Position numbers and translations under genes: made by a program. From a virus: DNA of 64,000 bases. Below, in pieces: positions 49,777 through 60,203 of the stretch (its first letter is position 1; every line of letters starts with the position of its first letter). The DNA lies in IMG/VR virus record IMGVR_UViG_3300029310_000398, positions 32,001 through 96,000 of that record. One strand, 5' to 3'. The notes under the pieces are model-generated. The model was given only the letters and a program-made list of their open reading frames with translations. It was not told the origin of the DNA and did no database searches.

Positions 49777-51225
49777 ATGGGCTTTTCTAACGACGTCCGC
49801 ATTACGTCCCTCGATGTTGCACGAGCGCTTGGTTTCCGTGAAGAGAAGAAAAGTGGCGGAAACTGGCGGAACTTCTGTTGTCCCTTCTGTGGTGACACGA
49901 AGTATCGGCTCGGCTGCAACATTGAGAAAGGCGGATATAAGTGCTTTCACTGTGGCGCAAAGGGTACTCCGCTGAGTCTCTATGCGAGAGCAGTAAAAGG
50001 CGTTTCTGTGGACTCTCTGGATGATGAAAAGACACACGAGCTCATCAAAGAGATGACCGCCCGCTGTGGCAACGGCACTATTCCCACTGAAATTGAGACA
50101 AAGCAGTTTCAGTTTGAGGAGATTCCCATTGCTCCCAGCAGTGTGTTGGACAAAACATACAGTACGCTTCTGTCGCTGTCATGGTTGAGTCTTACCAAAG
50201 AGCACCGTGACAATCTGGTAAAGCGAGGGTTAAGTGATGCTGAAATCCAGAGAAACGGATATGCCAGCTTCACTGTGAAGACGTCGGAGCGAATTGCTGT
50301 GAAGGCAAAGAACGCCAATAAGCGGTTCAATGAGCTTAAAGGCGCTATTTTCTCCTACAGCCGTATGAAGCAGAAAAATTCTGCTTCTGTTATCTCCGGT
50401 ATGGTTCTTGCTTCCGCCCTTCTGAAACGCGGCTGCACCCTTCAGGGTGTGCCGGGGTTCTACAAGGTGAAGGGAACATGGATTCTGAACCTGCCGGAAG
50501 GTATGCTCATCCCCACCAGAAACAGCGGCGGCCAAATCGTCGGAATTCAGGTACGGCGTGACGGGAACACCAATCCCCGCTACCTTACCGTTTCCGCCAA
50601 CCGGCTGCCCTGCGGTGTGACTACCGGCATCAGCAGAGCCCACTTTCCTCTCGGAAATGCTCCGCTGAACAGGGGTACGACCGTCTACCTGACGGAAGGA
50701 CCCCTCAAGGCCGACGTCGCGCTGGCACTTCTGGGTGATAGAAAAGCTGCGTTTATCGCAATTCAAGGAGTAACGAATACCAAGATGCTTGATGAGAGCA
50801 TATTCCCCGCACTCAAGAAACGGGGCATCACTCGCATTGTGAATGCGTTGGATATGGATAAGATGACCAATCCGGGCGTTATCATGGCGTGCAGCTCGCT
50901 CAAGCAGTTGGCAAAGAAACATGGCATCAACATGGAGATGCTTTGTTGGGATGCGGAATACGCAAAGGAGAAGGAACAGGAATTGGCAGCTCTCTGTGAG
51001 CAGCATGAGCTTGGTCTTCCCTCGGAGCGGAATGTCTTTAAGCGAATCGGGGCAATGGCTCTGGCTCTGCACAAGAAGGGCATCCGTCACAGTATTACCA
51101 TCCTCCCCAACGGGAAAACAAAGAAATCCTATTGGGATGATGCCGAAAAGGGAATTGACGACCATCTCCTCGCTGAGAGGAAGAGAAGCTCGGAGAAGGT
51201 TGTCGCACAGGAGAAGGGAGCGTAA
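49777..51225 (+). CDS. DNA primase (CHC2-like zinc finger + TOPRIM)
   Basis: CCPFCGDTKYRLGCNIEKGGYKCFHCG zinc finger. TOPRIM-like VYLTEGPLKADVA and NALDMDK. AAAGGAG RBS. Confidence 0.8.
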   Translation: MGFSNDVRITSLDVARALGFREEKKSGGNWRNFCCPFCGDTKYRLGCNIEKGGYKCFHCGAKGTPLSLYARAVKGVSVDSLDDEKTHELIKEMTARCGNGTIPTEIETKQFQFEEIPIAPSSVLDKTYSTLLSLSWLSLTKEHRDNLVKRGLSDAEIQRNGYASFTVKTSERIAVKAKNANKRFNELKGAIFSYSRMKQKNSASVISGMVLASALLKRGCTLQGVPGFYKVKGTWILNLPEGMLIPTRNSGGQIVGIQVRRDGNTNPRYLTVSANRLPCGVTTGISRAHFPLGNAPLNRGTTVYLTEGPLKADVALALLGDRKAAFIAIQGVTNTKMLDESIFPALKKRGITRIVNALDMDKMTNPGVIMACSSLKQLAKKHGINMEMLCWDAEYAKEKEQELAALCEQHELGLPSERNVFKRIGAMALALHKKGIRHSITILPNGKTKKSYWDDAEKGIDDHLLAERKRSSEKVVAQEKGA

Positions 51226-51331
51226 GCTCCCCTCCCCTGTTTTCCCCGGTCTGTGGGGCTGATACAAGTATTTTTGCTTTACACAAAAATACCTGTATTA
51301 GCATCACAGGAATTTTGTCGCGTCCAAGGAC

Positions 51332-51359
51332 TTGACAAAATATCCAATTTTGGTAGGGT
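51332..51359 (+). promoter_or_regulatory. promoter TTGACAAAATAT...TGGTAGGGT of the T4SS operon
   Basis: TTGACAAAATATCCAATTTTGGTAGGGT. The -10 is weaker than in the other family members. Confidence 0.55.
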
Positions 51360-51478
51360 TGAATTAGAGAGTGAAAAATATGGAACGGTGGTCAATGTTT
51401 TTCAGTTCTCTGACGCACTTCCATGAAGTGTGATGCTGAGAAATCTCCCCCTTTTTTTTGAAAGGAGCGTGTACGTAC

Positions 51479-51874
51479 ATGGACAAGTATCTGACTCTGC
51501 CGGCAGACGCAGGTAACAAGAAGTGGGTACGTATTGCGACGACTGTGCTCCTCGTAGCACTGATGATGGTTATGATGACCATTACGTGTTTCGCTACCGG
51601 AGGTAGTACGTCTGATGCCATTGTGAATGGCGTTAAGACTGGCACCAAGGCAATTTACACCATCATCACCGCAATCGTTGCGCCTCTGGCCGCCATCGTC
51701 CTCAGTGCCACCGCACTGAAGGCGCTGATTGGCGACGCGAGAGACATCGAAGCGATGAAGAAGAAGGTTTTCCTTATCGTCATCGTTGTCGCTGTCATCT
51801 GGCTGGCACCCCTGATTATCGAGCAGGTCGGCGGCTGGTTCTCCAGCAGCAACACCGGAAGCGTATTCGGTTAA
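51479..51874 (+). CDS. VirB2/TrbC-like small membrane protein (pilin-like, Maff2-type)
   Basis: Signal-like N-terminus followed by two hydrophobic helices. First gene of the T4SS cluster, with a terminator hairpin after it. Confidence 0.65.
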   Translation: MDKYLTLPADAGNKKWVRIATTVLLVALMMVMMTITCFATGGSTSDAIVNGVKTGTKAIYTIITAIVAPLAAIVLSATALKALIGDARDIEAMKKKVFLIVIVVAVIWLAPLIIEQVGGWFSSSNTGSVFG

Positions 51875-51948
51875 TTCCGAGAACGCTTAAATCAACAAGA
51901 GGCGCTCCCCGCTGAAGCGCACCACCGGCGCAAGGAGAGCGTGACGTA

Positions 51949-51983
51949 AGCGAGGGCACCCACTTCGGTGTCCTCGCTTTTTT
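51949..51983 (+). terminator. attenuating terminator after the first pilin-like gene
   Basis: AGCGAGGGCACC...GGTGTCCTCGCT followed by TTTTTT. Confidence 0.7.
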
Positions 51984-52013
51984 AGTTAATCCCAAAACAA
52001 AGGAGGAATCAAT

Positions 52014-52394
52014 ATGCACGAAACAAAGGCTCCTGTGCTGCAGGAGCAGTCTGTTCGCGCAGTTGTCGCCTGTGTTCTCCTGTGTTTTCTGTTTTTCTTT
52101 CTCGTGACGCCTGCTTATGCGGCACCCGATGCGGGTATTGCCAATTCGTTCGGGCCTATCTACAGTGTCATGTTCAAAACAGTAACACCGTTGGCTACAC
52201 TGGCGCTCTGCTTTGCAGCTATGCGCGTTCTGACACATGACCCGCAGAATGTCCGTATTTACGCAGCGGCCAAACGTGCTGTCTTGGTTATTGTAGTCGC
52301 GTATGCAGCGTTCTGTATGCTGCCGTTGGTGGCATCTCTGTTCAATGACCTGTTTAAGTCCTTGGCATGGGACCCCAACAGCCCCGGCCAGTAG
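52014..52394 (+). CDS. second VirB2/TrbC-like small membrane protein
   Basis: Signal peptide ending PAYA, then two hydrophobic helices. AAGGAGG RBS. Confidence 0.65.
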   Translation: MHETKAPVLQEQSVRAVVACVLLCFLFFFLVTPAYAAPDAGIANSFGPIYSVMFKTVTPLATLALCFAAMRVLTHDPQNVRIYAAAKRAVLVIVVAYAAFCMLPLVASLFNDLFKSLAWDPNSPGQ

Positions 52395-52412
52395 AGGAGG
52401 TGTCGGTAAAGT

Positions 52413-54647
52413 ATGATTGAACTTATCCTCGCAACACTCAACAATATCATCGCCCATATTCTGAACTTTGTCATTTCATGGTGGGGCGATGAGATGGAAC
52501 TCAGCATGGAATCGCTGCTTGATAAAATCCCGTATCTTGCAACAGGGTACAGTATTTTTCAGGCTATGGCGCTGGCATTTGCCATTGTCATCGCTGCCTT
52601 TTCCATCTACAGCATTTTCCTTTCTGCCGGCGAATCACGCACAAGTCCGGTGCGAGTTCTTGTCATGACTGGTGTGTCCATCGGCATGATTTACTTCGGC
52701 AACTACATTGCCATGATGCTGATTGATTTCATCAAGAAGCCTTACGATGCGTTCTGGGATACAAGTATCGCTGGCGGTGGCACAAGTGCGACAGTACAGG
52801 GCGTCCTTATTGACGTAGGTTCCCTTCTCGTCGGCGGCGGCCCCGGCAATTTTACGCTGTTGACCGGCGTTATCAAAACCGCTGCCGTGTTCATCCTGAC
52901 AGTAGCAATCACAGTGGCGCTGTTCAAGCTCTATGTAGAGCTGTTTGAACGGTATCTGATGGTGGGTATCACTGTCTATGCCTTTGCTCCCCTCGCCTAC
53001 GCAACGATTGCCTCTGACCAAACCATCCACATCTTCAAACGCTGGTTCAGTATGTTCATCGGCCAGCTTATCCTGATGTGCCTGTCTGTGTGGTCTCTGA
53101 AGCTCATTCTTTCCGGCTTTGCCAGTATGGATAACCTTGCACAGTGTTTCCTTGTGTTGGCTGCGTGCCATATCGCGCAGCGGCTCGACACTTACCTTGC
53201 CCAGCTTGGGTTGAACGTCGTCACTACAGGTGGCAACCTGCTGGATGAAGCTGTCGGTACTGGCGCCGCTATCGCTGGTCTTGCTAAGTCTGCTACGAAT
53301 GCTTGGACTGGCGGCAAGGGCAACAACTCCAAGGCTATCCTTGGCGAAAACTACGGAAAGGAAGGCAGATGGGGCGGCCTCGGTGGTGCTTGGTCTCAGT
53401 TCAACCGTGCCCGTAAGGGTGGTGCTACTGTCTCCGACTCCATGAAAGCTGCTGTTGCCGGCTTTACGACCAGTGCCGCAGCGCGAAATCAGGAAATCAA
53501 GAACGCTGCCCAGCAGCGCGAACAGGCCGAACGTAAGGCTACTCAGAATACCAACGGCGCACGAAACGCAGCACGCGACCGTACCCAGCGGTATCCGGCC
53601 CCCAAGGACCAGAACGAGAAGTTTACGCCCGCATTTCAGCAGATGGCAGCGGAAGCTCACCGCGCACCTGCCGCATTTGCCGCGCAGAACCTGCGTAACG
53701 AGGGCTCCGGACGCTTCAACGTCACGCCTGAGGGCACTGCTGGTCTGAATGATACTGCTATGCGTGCCGGCCTGAGCTACAACACTCCGAACGGCGATAA
53801 TCCTCGGAACATGACCGGCTCCCTCAAGACGCCTATGGCTTCTGTTACCGGACCCGATGCTTCCGTAAAGGACTTTATGGCGAAGAACTACAGCCTGCCT
53901 GTTACGCAGGGAGCACAGCAGGCAAACCACGCGATGCAGGCAGTCTACCGCGATGCGACAGACGCCATGCGCGAAACGGCACACGAAAGTTCTCCCTCCA
54001 TGGCGGCTGGTATTCTGGCACACCCCAATTACAACCTTGCTGGCAACGATGAGGTTGGCGGCGAGCTGATGCAGAAGGCCTTCGGTCCTGCTCTCGGCCA
54101 CGAGGAAGGTAAGTTCAGTAACGTTACGGCTGTTACCGACGGCAATGATAACGGCGCACGTCACATCTATGCGGTCCATACCGACATGAACGGTGTTGAG
54201 CGCGGGTATGAGGTCATGGACGAGACTGGCTACTTCCATGCCGACGATAATATGCGGGCGAGTATGCAGGAAATCCAGACCGAAGATGGCGCTCGCTTCT
54301 TTGCTCACGAGGTGCCCGTTGATGAAGTCCGCGAGGTCAATCAGCAGACGATTACCCACATTGCGTCTGACGAGCATACCGTTTCCATTCAGGATTCTCC
54401 TGAAAACGTCGCTAATTACGGGCCTATCCACGTAAACGACGATGATGAGGGCGACTTCGAGCCCGTCGATGGTGGTACATCTGACAGTGGGCCTGCCAAT
54501 AGTGGTTCTGCTGATACTCCCGATGCTTCCCCTGATGACAACCCCAGCAAGAAGCGTCCCGCCCCTGAGGAAGAACCTATCCTCGGAGAAAATCAGCGGG
54601 AAAAGCGGGAACGGACCAAGAAAAAGTGGGACCCTGACCGCGACTAA
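52413..54647 (+). CDS. VirB6/TrbL-like polytopic membrane protein with a long disordered C-terminal half
   Basis: About 6-7 TM helices in the first ~300 aa. The remainder is low-complexity (A/N/G/Q-rich) with an acidic end. Confidence 0.75.
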   Translation: MIELILATLNNIIAHILNFVISWWGDEMELSMESLLDKIPYLATGYSIFQAMALAFAIVIAAFSIYSIFLSAGESRTSPVRVLVMTGVSIGMIYFGNYIAMMLIDFIKKPYDAFWDTSIAGGGTSATVQGVLIDVGSLLVGGGPGNFTLLTGVIKTAAVFILTVAITVALFKLYVELFERYLMVGITVYAFAPLAYATIASDQTIHIFKRWFSMFIGQLILMCLSVWSLKLILSGFASMDNLAQCFLVLAACHIAQRLDTYLAQLGLNVVTTGGNLLDEAVGTGAAIAGLAKSATNAWTGGKGNNSKAILGENYGKEGRWGGLGGAWSQFNRARKGGATVSDSMKAAVAGFTTSAAARNQEIKNAAQQREQAERKATQNTNGARNAARDRTQRYPAPKDQNEKFTPAFQQMAAEAHRAPAAFAAQNLRNEGSGRFNVTPEGTAGLNDTAMRAGLSYNTPNGDNPRNMTGSLKTPMASVTGPDASVKDFMAKNYSLPVTQGAQQANHAMQAVYRDATDAMRETAHESSPSMAAGILAHPNYNLAGNDEVGGELMQKAFGPALGHEEGKFSNVTAVTDGNDNGARHIYAVHTDMNGVERGYEVMDETGYFHADDNMRASMQEIQTEDGARFFAHEVPVDEVREVNQQTITHIASDEHTVSIQDSPENVANYGPIHVNDDDEGDFEPVDGGTSDSGPANSGSADTPDASPDDNPSKKRPAPEEEPILGENQREKRERTKKKWDPDRD

Positions 54648-54748
54648 GAGCAACCTTATTTCATAGAAACAAGACCCGCGAGGTGAAGGCATATAAAGCC
54701 TCGCTTCGCGGGCCTTTCTCACATTTTCAATGAAAGGAGTGTGATGAT

Positions 54749-55972
54749 ATGGCAACTAAGAATGGTGAGACCAATCTCGGTGAAGTTAGCCGCGAAACCG
54801 CGCAAACTGCATCTGATGCTGTAAAGTCTGCAAAAGCCGTCAGTAAAATCGCTGCAAATGCTGCCAGTGGTAATGCTGCAGGAGCAGTTGTGGAAGGTGT
54901 TAAAGCTGCCCCTGAACTGCTTCGCACGGCGGCACGGCTCATTGTTGCAATGTTGGCCGTGACGCTTATCCTTACCTACGCCTTCCCTGCTTCCATCTAT
55001 GAAGCAACATCCGCATTTTTTGAAGCTGTGCAAGAACGCGAGGACGAGTACATCTACTCTGGCGGTGGTGACGTACAGGTAAAAACATTCCTGTATTACA
55101 TCTCTCTTGGTCCTCTCCGCGATGCTCTGAAAGAAGCGGCAAGCAGTATTTGGAGTGCTATCACATCGCAAGCAGACAGTTCGGATGTGATAACAGCGGA
55201 TGGGCAACAGGAAGTAGGCGTCATGGAAAATCAAGACGATTTGCGAGATACATCGCTAAACTGTATCCTCGCCTGTAGTCAGAAAATCAAAGTACGTGCC
55301 GAAGAGCTGGAGGATATCGTTACCGATATGCACGATGCCATCGACAGTTACTTCTCTGCAGCGTACGCAGGCACCTACGACCGATGGGACGGTACGACCG
55401 TCGCCCTTCAGGTAGAGCCGATGTCCTATTACAACGCCCTGCAGCTTCTCAGTGTCTACTCCACCACGAAGACCGGCGACAACGAACCCCTCAAGGTTTC
55501 CGGTTTCATGCGGTGGCTGGGGTACTACGACAGCGCCCACACGGACACGGTTTCCTTCGACCTCGGCAAGAGTGGCATCATCGGGTCGGTCAACTCGTGG
55601 TGCGGCACATTCGTACCTCAGTACCTGACGGAACAGGTCTCTTTTGAGCGCAACAACTATGGCGACGATGGCATCAAAACCGACCTTTCTGACTATAGTT
55701 GTGCGCTTATTGACCTGATGCTGGTTATTGATACACCTGACTTTTCTACTATCCCTGCTGAGTACGGAACCGATGTTATCGTCACTGGGGTAGACGAGGA
55801 GACAGGCGAGGACATTACTGAGGAAATCGTGACAGCAACAGTCACAGTGCCCATTCAGATTCGCGTCCGCAATATTACGGAACTGAGCAATATCATCGGT
55901 TTCTGGGGCGGAAATCTGGACGGTGACGGCAAGACAACCGGTGAGTCTGAGATGGGCAACATCTTCTGGTAA
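54749..55972 (+). CDS. conjugation-cluster membrane protein of unknown function (407 aa)
   Basis: AAAGGAG RBS, an A-rich N-terminus, one TM helix (LIVAMLAVTLILTYAF) and a large extracytoplasmic domain. Confidence 0.7.
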   Translation: MATKNGETNLGEVSRETAQTASDAVKSAKAVSKIAANAASGNAAGAVVEGVKAAPELLRTAARLIVAMLAVTLILTYAFPASIYEATSAFFEAVQEREDEYIYSGGGDVQVKTFLYYISLGPLRDALKEAASSIWSAITSQADSSDVITADGQQEVGVMENQDDLRDTSLNCILACSQKIKVRAEELEDIVTDMHDAIDSYFSAAYAGTYDRWDGTTVALQVEPMSYYNALQLLSVYSTTKTGDNEPLKVSGFMRWLGYYDSAHTDTVSFDLGKSGIIGSVNSWCGTFVPQYLTEQVSFERNNYGDDGIKTDLSDYSCALIDLMLVIDTPDFSTIPAEYGTDVIVTGVDEETGEDITEEIVTATVTVPIQIRVRNITELSNIIGFWGGNLDGDGKTTGESEMGNIFW

Positions 55973-55987
55973 AAGGAGGCAAGTCTT

Positions 55988-57364
55988 ATGAATAAAAGTG
56001 TATTCAAGTCTATCATTTGTCTCCTGCTTGCTTTCGTGATGCTTGTCAGTACGGTAGTCACAGCTTTCGCAGATGTCATCATCGAAAACTGCTACACGGC
56101 AGACAATACAGAGCTTCTTCAGGAATACGCCGATGCGTATGGCTGGGATATGGCTAAGATGATGGCAAAGAGCTGGTCGGACAATGACGAGGAATATGAG
56201 CGTCAGGTCGGCGGACAACGCGAGTACCTATCAGACTGCTTCAGCGGCACAGACGACTTTCTCATGAGTGAGACGGAGTTCGACGAAAACGGCAATATCA
56301 TTCTTGCTGGCAATAAAGATGCAACGATAAAGTTTCTGGAAGACCATGATATTCCTCTCGACAGTATCAATAGTGGCAGCCTGATTTACGGCTCTGGCGG
56401 CCAGAATATTGTGGCTGTTGCATTGGCAGAAGTTGGACGTGCCGACTCTGTCGAGCAGCCCCCGCACTCCAATAGCGTCAAGTATAACAAGTGGTATTAT
56501 GGACGAGATGAGCGTGGTGCTTGGTGCGTCGTTTTCATCATGTGGTGCGCTGCACAGGCTGGATGCTCTGATGTTTTTCCTCGCACAGCCAATACAGATG
56601 CGCTTGGTAACGGCATGGTAAGAAAGGGCTACAAGTATTTTCACATCAAGGATTGTACGCCATTCGGAGGCACAGCCTACACCCCTGTGCCGGGCGATAT
56701 TATGCTGTATTCAAAAAATGGAATGATAAGCGGTTCAACACACGTTGGACTCGTTGTTGCTGTTGACAGCAATACCATTACGACAGTTGAGGGCAACACA
56801 ACAGGTTACGGGCAAGTTCCGAACGAAGGTGTAGCAAAAATTACATATGACATCACGAGGTTGAACAATCGTGATGACGCCGCAAATGCCCTGATTTTCC
56901 ATGTGAACTATCCTCTTTCCGCGATGGAAGATGGCAGTGATTTGACCACCTATGTAAAGGGAGCGCTGGGTATCAACAATGCGGCGCTCTGCGGCGTACT
57001 GGTAAGTATGATGGACGAGTCTGGCGGCGACGCCAAACGCGAAAATGCTTCGACCGGAGCGTACGGACTGTTCCAGTGGTCTGGTGACAGACTGGAAGCC
57101 TTCAACTCTTGGTGTATGGAGAATGGCTTCGCCTACGACACGGCCACAACGCAAATCAAGTATCTTGCATACGACCTGCAGACGAATTACCCGCGAATCT
57201 GGGATACCATCCGAAGTGTTCCAAACACAAAAGATGGTGCCTACACTGCGGCATCCTCATTTGCCTATTACTGCGACAGCGTAAAGGCTAAACCGTCATT
57301 GGTCGTGCAGCGAGCCAAGAACGCTCGTGATGTCTACTGGCCGCGCTACGAAAATGCTGAGTGA
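55988..57364 (+). CDS. T4SS cell-wall hydrolase: CHAP/NlpC-P60 domain + lysozyme-like domain
   Basis: Signal anchor. Catalytic Cys context RGAWCVVFIMWCAAQAG and His context GDIMLYSKNGMISGSTHVGLVV. C-terminal GAYGLFQWSGDRL resembles phage-tail-lysozyme or transglycosylase-like domains. Confidence 0.85.
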   Translation: MNKSVFKSIICLLLAFVMLVSTVVTAFADVIIENCYTADNTELLQEYADAYGWDMAKMMAKSWSDNDEEYERQVGGQREYLSDCFSGTDDFLMSETEFDENGNIILAGNKDATIKFLEDHDIPLDSINSGSLIYGSGGQNIVAVALAEVGRADSVEQPPHSNSVKYNKWYYGRDERGAWCVVFIMWCAAQAGCSDVFPRTANTDALGNGMVRKGYKYFHIKDCTPFGGTAYTPVPGDIMLYSKNGMISGSTHVGLVVAVDSNTITTVEGNTTGYGQVPNEGVAKITYDITRLNNRDDAANALIFHVNYPLSAMEDGSDLTTYVKGALGINNAALCGVLVSMMDESGGDAKRENASTGAYGLFQWSGDRLEAFNSWCMENGFAYDTATTQIKYLAYDLQTNYPRIWDTIRSVPNTKDGAYTAASSFAYYCDSVKAKPSLVVQRAKNARDVYWPRYENAE

Positions 57365-57379
57365 GGAGGTGTGTGACAC

Positions 57380-60133
57380 GTGAAACATAAAAAGAAGCAG
57401 GAACTCAAGAAGTGGCTGCTTCGTATTGGCCTCGGTGAACTCATTTTCTCCTTTTATTTTGCAGGTATGTTGAACACCCTTTACAGCGCAAACGGAGCGA
57501 CCTTCTCCCCTATCGGCATTATCAAATGCATGGCGGAGAAGGGCTTCCCTACCGGTGTATTCTTCGTCATTTTCCTGATTCTCGCCGTTGTAACCGCCTT
57601 TGTTTTTCTGAATGTCTGGGGTAACGAAGATGGTTCTGACCCGCTTGGGCGTAAGTTCACCAACGCCATGGAGCGTCAGGTCTACGGCGACTCACACTTC
57701 GAAGAACCGGAAGAATACGAGGATATGGCAGTTATCCAATCCCCGCAGAAATCCTATGGTACAATCCTCGGAATGCTGGACCAAACGGGCAAATACCTCA
57801 TCAACCTACGCCACGATGACTCTCGAACGAACCATCACATCATGTGCGTTGGTGCTTCCGGTTCCGGTAAGACTTTCACGTTTGCGAAGGACTACTGCCT
57901 CCAGACTATCCGGCGAAAAGAGTCCATCGTTGTCACGGACCCCGATGGTGGTCTGACACGTGATATGGCAACGTCATTTATGAACGCCGGCTATTGTGTC
58001 CGTATCTTGAACCTCAAGGATTTGAGCCTTTCTGATGGCTGGGACTGTTTGAAGTCTGTGCGTAACGGCAAGATGATTGAGACAACGGCTCAGATGTTTT
58101 CGCATATCGTTATCTCCAATATCATGGATGCCAAAACGCAGAGTATCTACAAGGACGGACCTAAATCTCTGTTGACAGCACTCATTCTGCGCTGTCTCAT
58201 CTGCAAAGATGTGGCGGAGGAAGATAAGAATATCCGCACGGTCTACAACTACTTGATGCACGACGATGCTGCAGAGTTTCTCGATGCCATGTTTGACGAC
58301 CAGAAGATTCCTGTCGATGAAAAGGCGTGTCTGCGTCCCTATCAGGCCGCTAAATCCGCTTCCGCAAACCTGTGGGGCAACCTCGTTACAAACCTGACCA
58401 TCGGCTTGAACCTGCTGCAGAGTGAACAGGTCTGCAACCTGTTGACCACCGACGATATTGACCTTCTCCTGCCGGGGCAGCGGCCTTGTGCGTATTTCTG
58501 TCAGTTCCCCGATAGCCATGATACATTCAAGTTCATCGTTGCTCTGTTCTTCTCCATGCTGTTCATCAATCTGGTGGACTTTGCGGATAGTCAGGACGAT
58601 GGTAAGCTCCCCGTCCCCGTCAATTTTCTGATGGACGAGTGTGCTTCTATCGGTATCATCCCCGACTTTGACCGCAAGCTGGCTACTATCCGTAAGCGTG
58701 ATATGGCAGTCGCAATGATTTGGCAGAACGTCGGTCAGGTGTATCTGAACTACGGCGACAGGTGGGAAACCATCATAAGTAACTGCGATACATTCCTGTC
58801 TCTCGGCGTCAACGACTCCCAAACTGCCGACATGATTACGAAACGCATCGGTGACACCACCGTTCGTGTTGAAACACAGCAGCACGAGGGTATCGAGAAC
58901 AGCATCATGGGAGCGCTGAACAAATACTCCACTGGTGAAGGCCGACGTTCCCTGCTGAGTTACGATGAAGTTTTCAAAATCAATCGTGACGAATGTATCA
59001 TTATCTTCAAGGGTCATAACCCTGTCCACGCCTACAAGCATCCTCATACTCTGCATCCCGATGCCAAGAATATGGCGAAGTGGTTTATCCGCGATAAGAC
59101 TCCTATCGAAGAAAAAGAACAGCGGAAAAAGGAGCGCATTGAAGAGAAGATGCAGCTCGCGGCATACGAGCGTGAGCATCCGTTCAAAGACATCGACCGT
59201 TCCTACAAGGGTAAATTTGGCTCTGCGTGGAGTGACTTTGACGATGAAGAGAACGGCACATCCACCCGCCAGCGGATTGCTGACGCATGGAATGTTGTCC
59301 GCACCAAGTCAGCTATGTTGCGGGATGAACTTGACTATCGCGTAAGTAAAATCAAAGATAGGTCCAAGTCAAATGACCGGTCTCGAAAGTCCGATGAGCG
59401 TGCCCGCCGCATCAAGCGCCAGCGCCGTGCCATGAGCTATGAGGAACAGGATTGGTGGCCTGATGAGCGCATCCCGCATGGTAGCGGATACGAACAGTGG
59501 AATACCTCTCAGGCAGAGGACGATGCCGTGGAACTGGACGGCGAGTTCGTTGCACCGCCCGAAGAGCCTGCGGATGTCATTGAGTGGGAAACGGCTCCTG
59601 CTGCTCCTGAGTCGCCTCCTACGCCTGCCGAGACACCTCCGAATGACGAGATGCCTCCCGCCGAGGAAACGCCACGTCCGGCACCTGAGAAGCCAAAGCA
59701 GAAGCCTCAGCCTGAACTGACGCCCCGCGAGGAGCATCACCTTCCACAGCGCGAAACGAAACCGGACAAAGCCAAGGACGGTGCTGCCCGTGCGTATGCT
59801 CAGGGTGCTCCGAGAGGCAATCTCAATCTCGGTTCAGCCCCCAGAGCAAATATGCCGAATATGCAGAATCGCCCCAACAGCAATCCTCGGAATCAGCAGG
59901 GCAATAAGAACGCCGGCGGGCAAGGCACAGGATTTGCAGGGTTCCAGCAAGGCGGAAAACCTGTTCAGGATAACAAAAAGAAAACTGAACAGGCGGAACG
60001 TACTCAGCCTGTCCGACGTCCACCTCCTGAGAAGCCCTTCCCTACTATGGGCAACTCTTCACTGGAAGCTCTTTCCAAGGGAAGCGATAAAAACAAGAAA
60101 AAACAGTCTGTGTGCCCGCCCAGCAAAAACTGA
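57380..60133 (+). CDS. virD4: type IV coupling protein (VirD4/TraG family) with a ~300-aa disordered C-terminal tail
   Basis: GTG start after GAGGAGG. Two N-terminal TM helices. Walker A MCVGASGSGKTFTF. Walker B-like NFLMDECASIG. The tail is rich in P/E/K/R/Q/N. Confidence 0.9.
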   Translation: MKHKKKQELKKWLLRIGLGELIFSFYFAGMLNTLYSANGATFSPIGIIKCMAEKGFPTGVFFVIFLILAVVTAFVFLNVWGNEDGSDPLGRKFTNAMERQVYGDSHFEEPEEYEDMAVIQSPQKSYGTILGMLDQTGKYLINLRHDDSRTNHHIMCVGASGSGKTFTFAKDYCLQTIRRKESIVVTDPDGGLTRDMATSFMNAGYCVRILNLKDLSLSDGWDCLKSVRNGKMIETTAQMFSHIVISNIMDAKTQSIYKDGPKSLLTALILRCLICKDVAEEDKNIRTVYNYLMHDDAAEFLDAMFDDQKIPVDEKACLRPYQAAKSASANLWGNLVTNLTIGLNLLQSEQVCNLLTTDDIDLLLPGQRPCAYFCQFPDSHDTFKFIVALFFSMLFINLVDFADSQDDGKLPVPVNFLMDECASIGIIPDFDRKLATIRKRDMAVAMIWQNVGQVYLNYGDRWETIISNCDTFLSLGVNDSQTADMITKRIGDTTVRVETQQHEGIENSIMGALNKYSTGEGRRSLLSYDEVFKINRDECIIIFKGHNPVHAYKHPHTLHPDAKNMAKWFIRDKTPIEEKEQRKKERIEEKMQLAAYEREHPFKDIDRSYKGKFGSAWSDFDDEENGTSTRQRIADAWNVVRTKSAMLRDELDYRVSKIKDRSKSNDRSRKSDERARRIKRQRRAMSYEEQDWWPDERIPHGSGYEQWNTSQAEDDAVELDGEFVAPPEEPADVIEWETAPAAPESPPTPAETPPNDEMPPAEETPRPAPEKPKQKPQPELTPREEHHLPQRETKPDKAKDGAARAYAQGAPRGNLNLGSAPRANMPNMQNRPNSNPRNQQGNKNAGGQGTGFAGFQQGGKPVQDNKKKTEQAERTQPVRRPPPEKPFPTMGNSSLEALSKGSDKNKKKQSVCPPSKN

Positions 60134-60203
60134 GGATTCATCAAGGTTTCCGTCGTGCATAGAGGTGTCTGTGCGCGGCGGAAATTTTGTTGTTCTCATG
60201 TAA

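Noticed and set aside
47526-49922. 798-aa minus-strand ORF
   Set aside because: It spans two plus-strand genes and the intergenic RBS region, and is R/L/H/G-rich. The plus-strand genes have good RBSs and plausible sequences.
52635-54755. 706-aa minus-strand ORF
   Set aside because: It is antisense to the VirB6-like gene, whose N-terminus shows clean TM helices. The minus-strand product is R/C/G/V-rich with no features.
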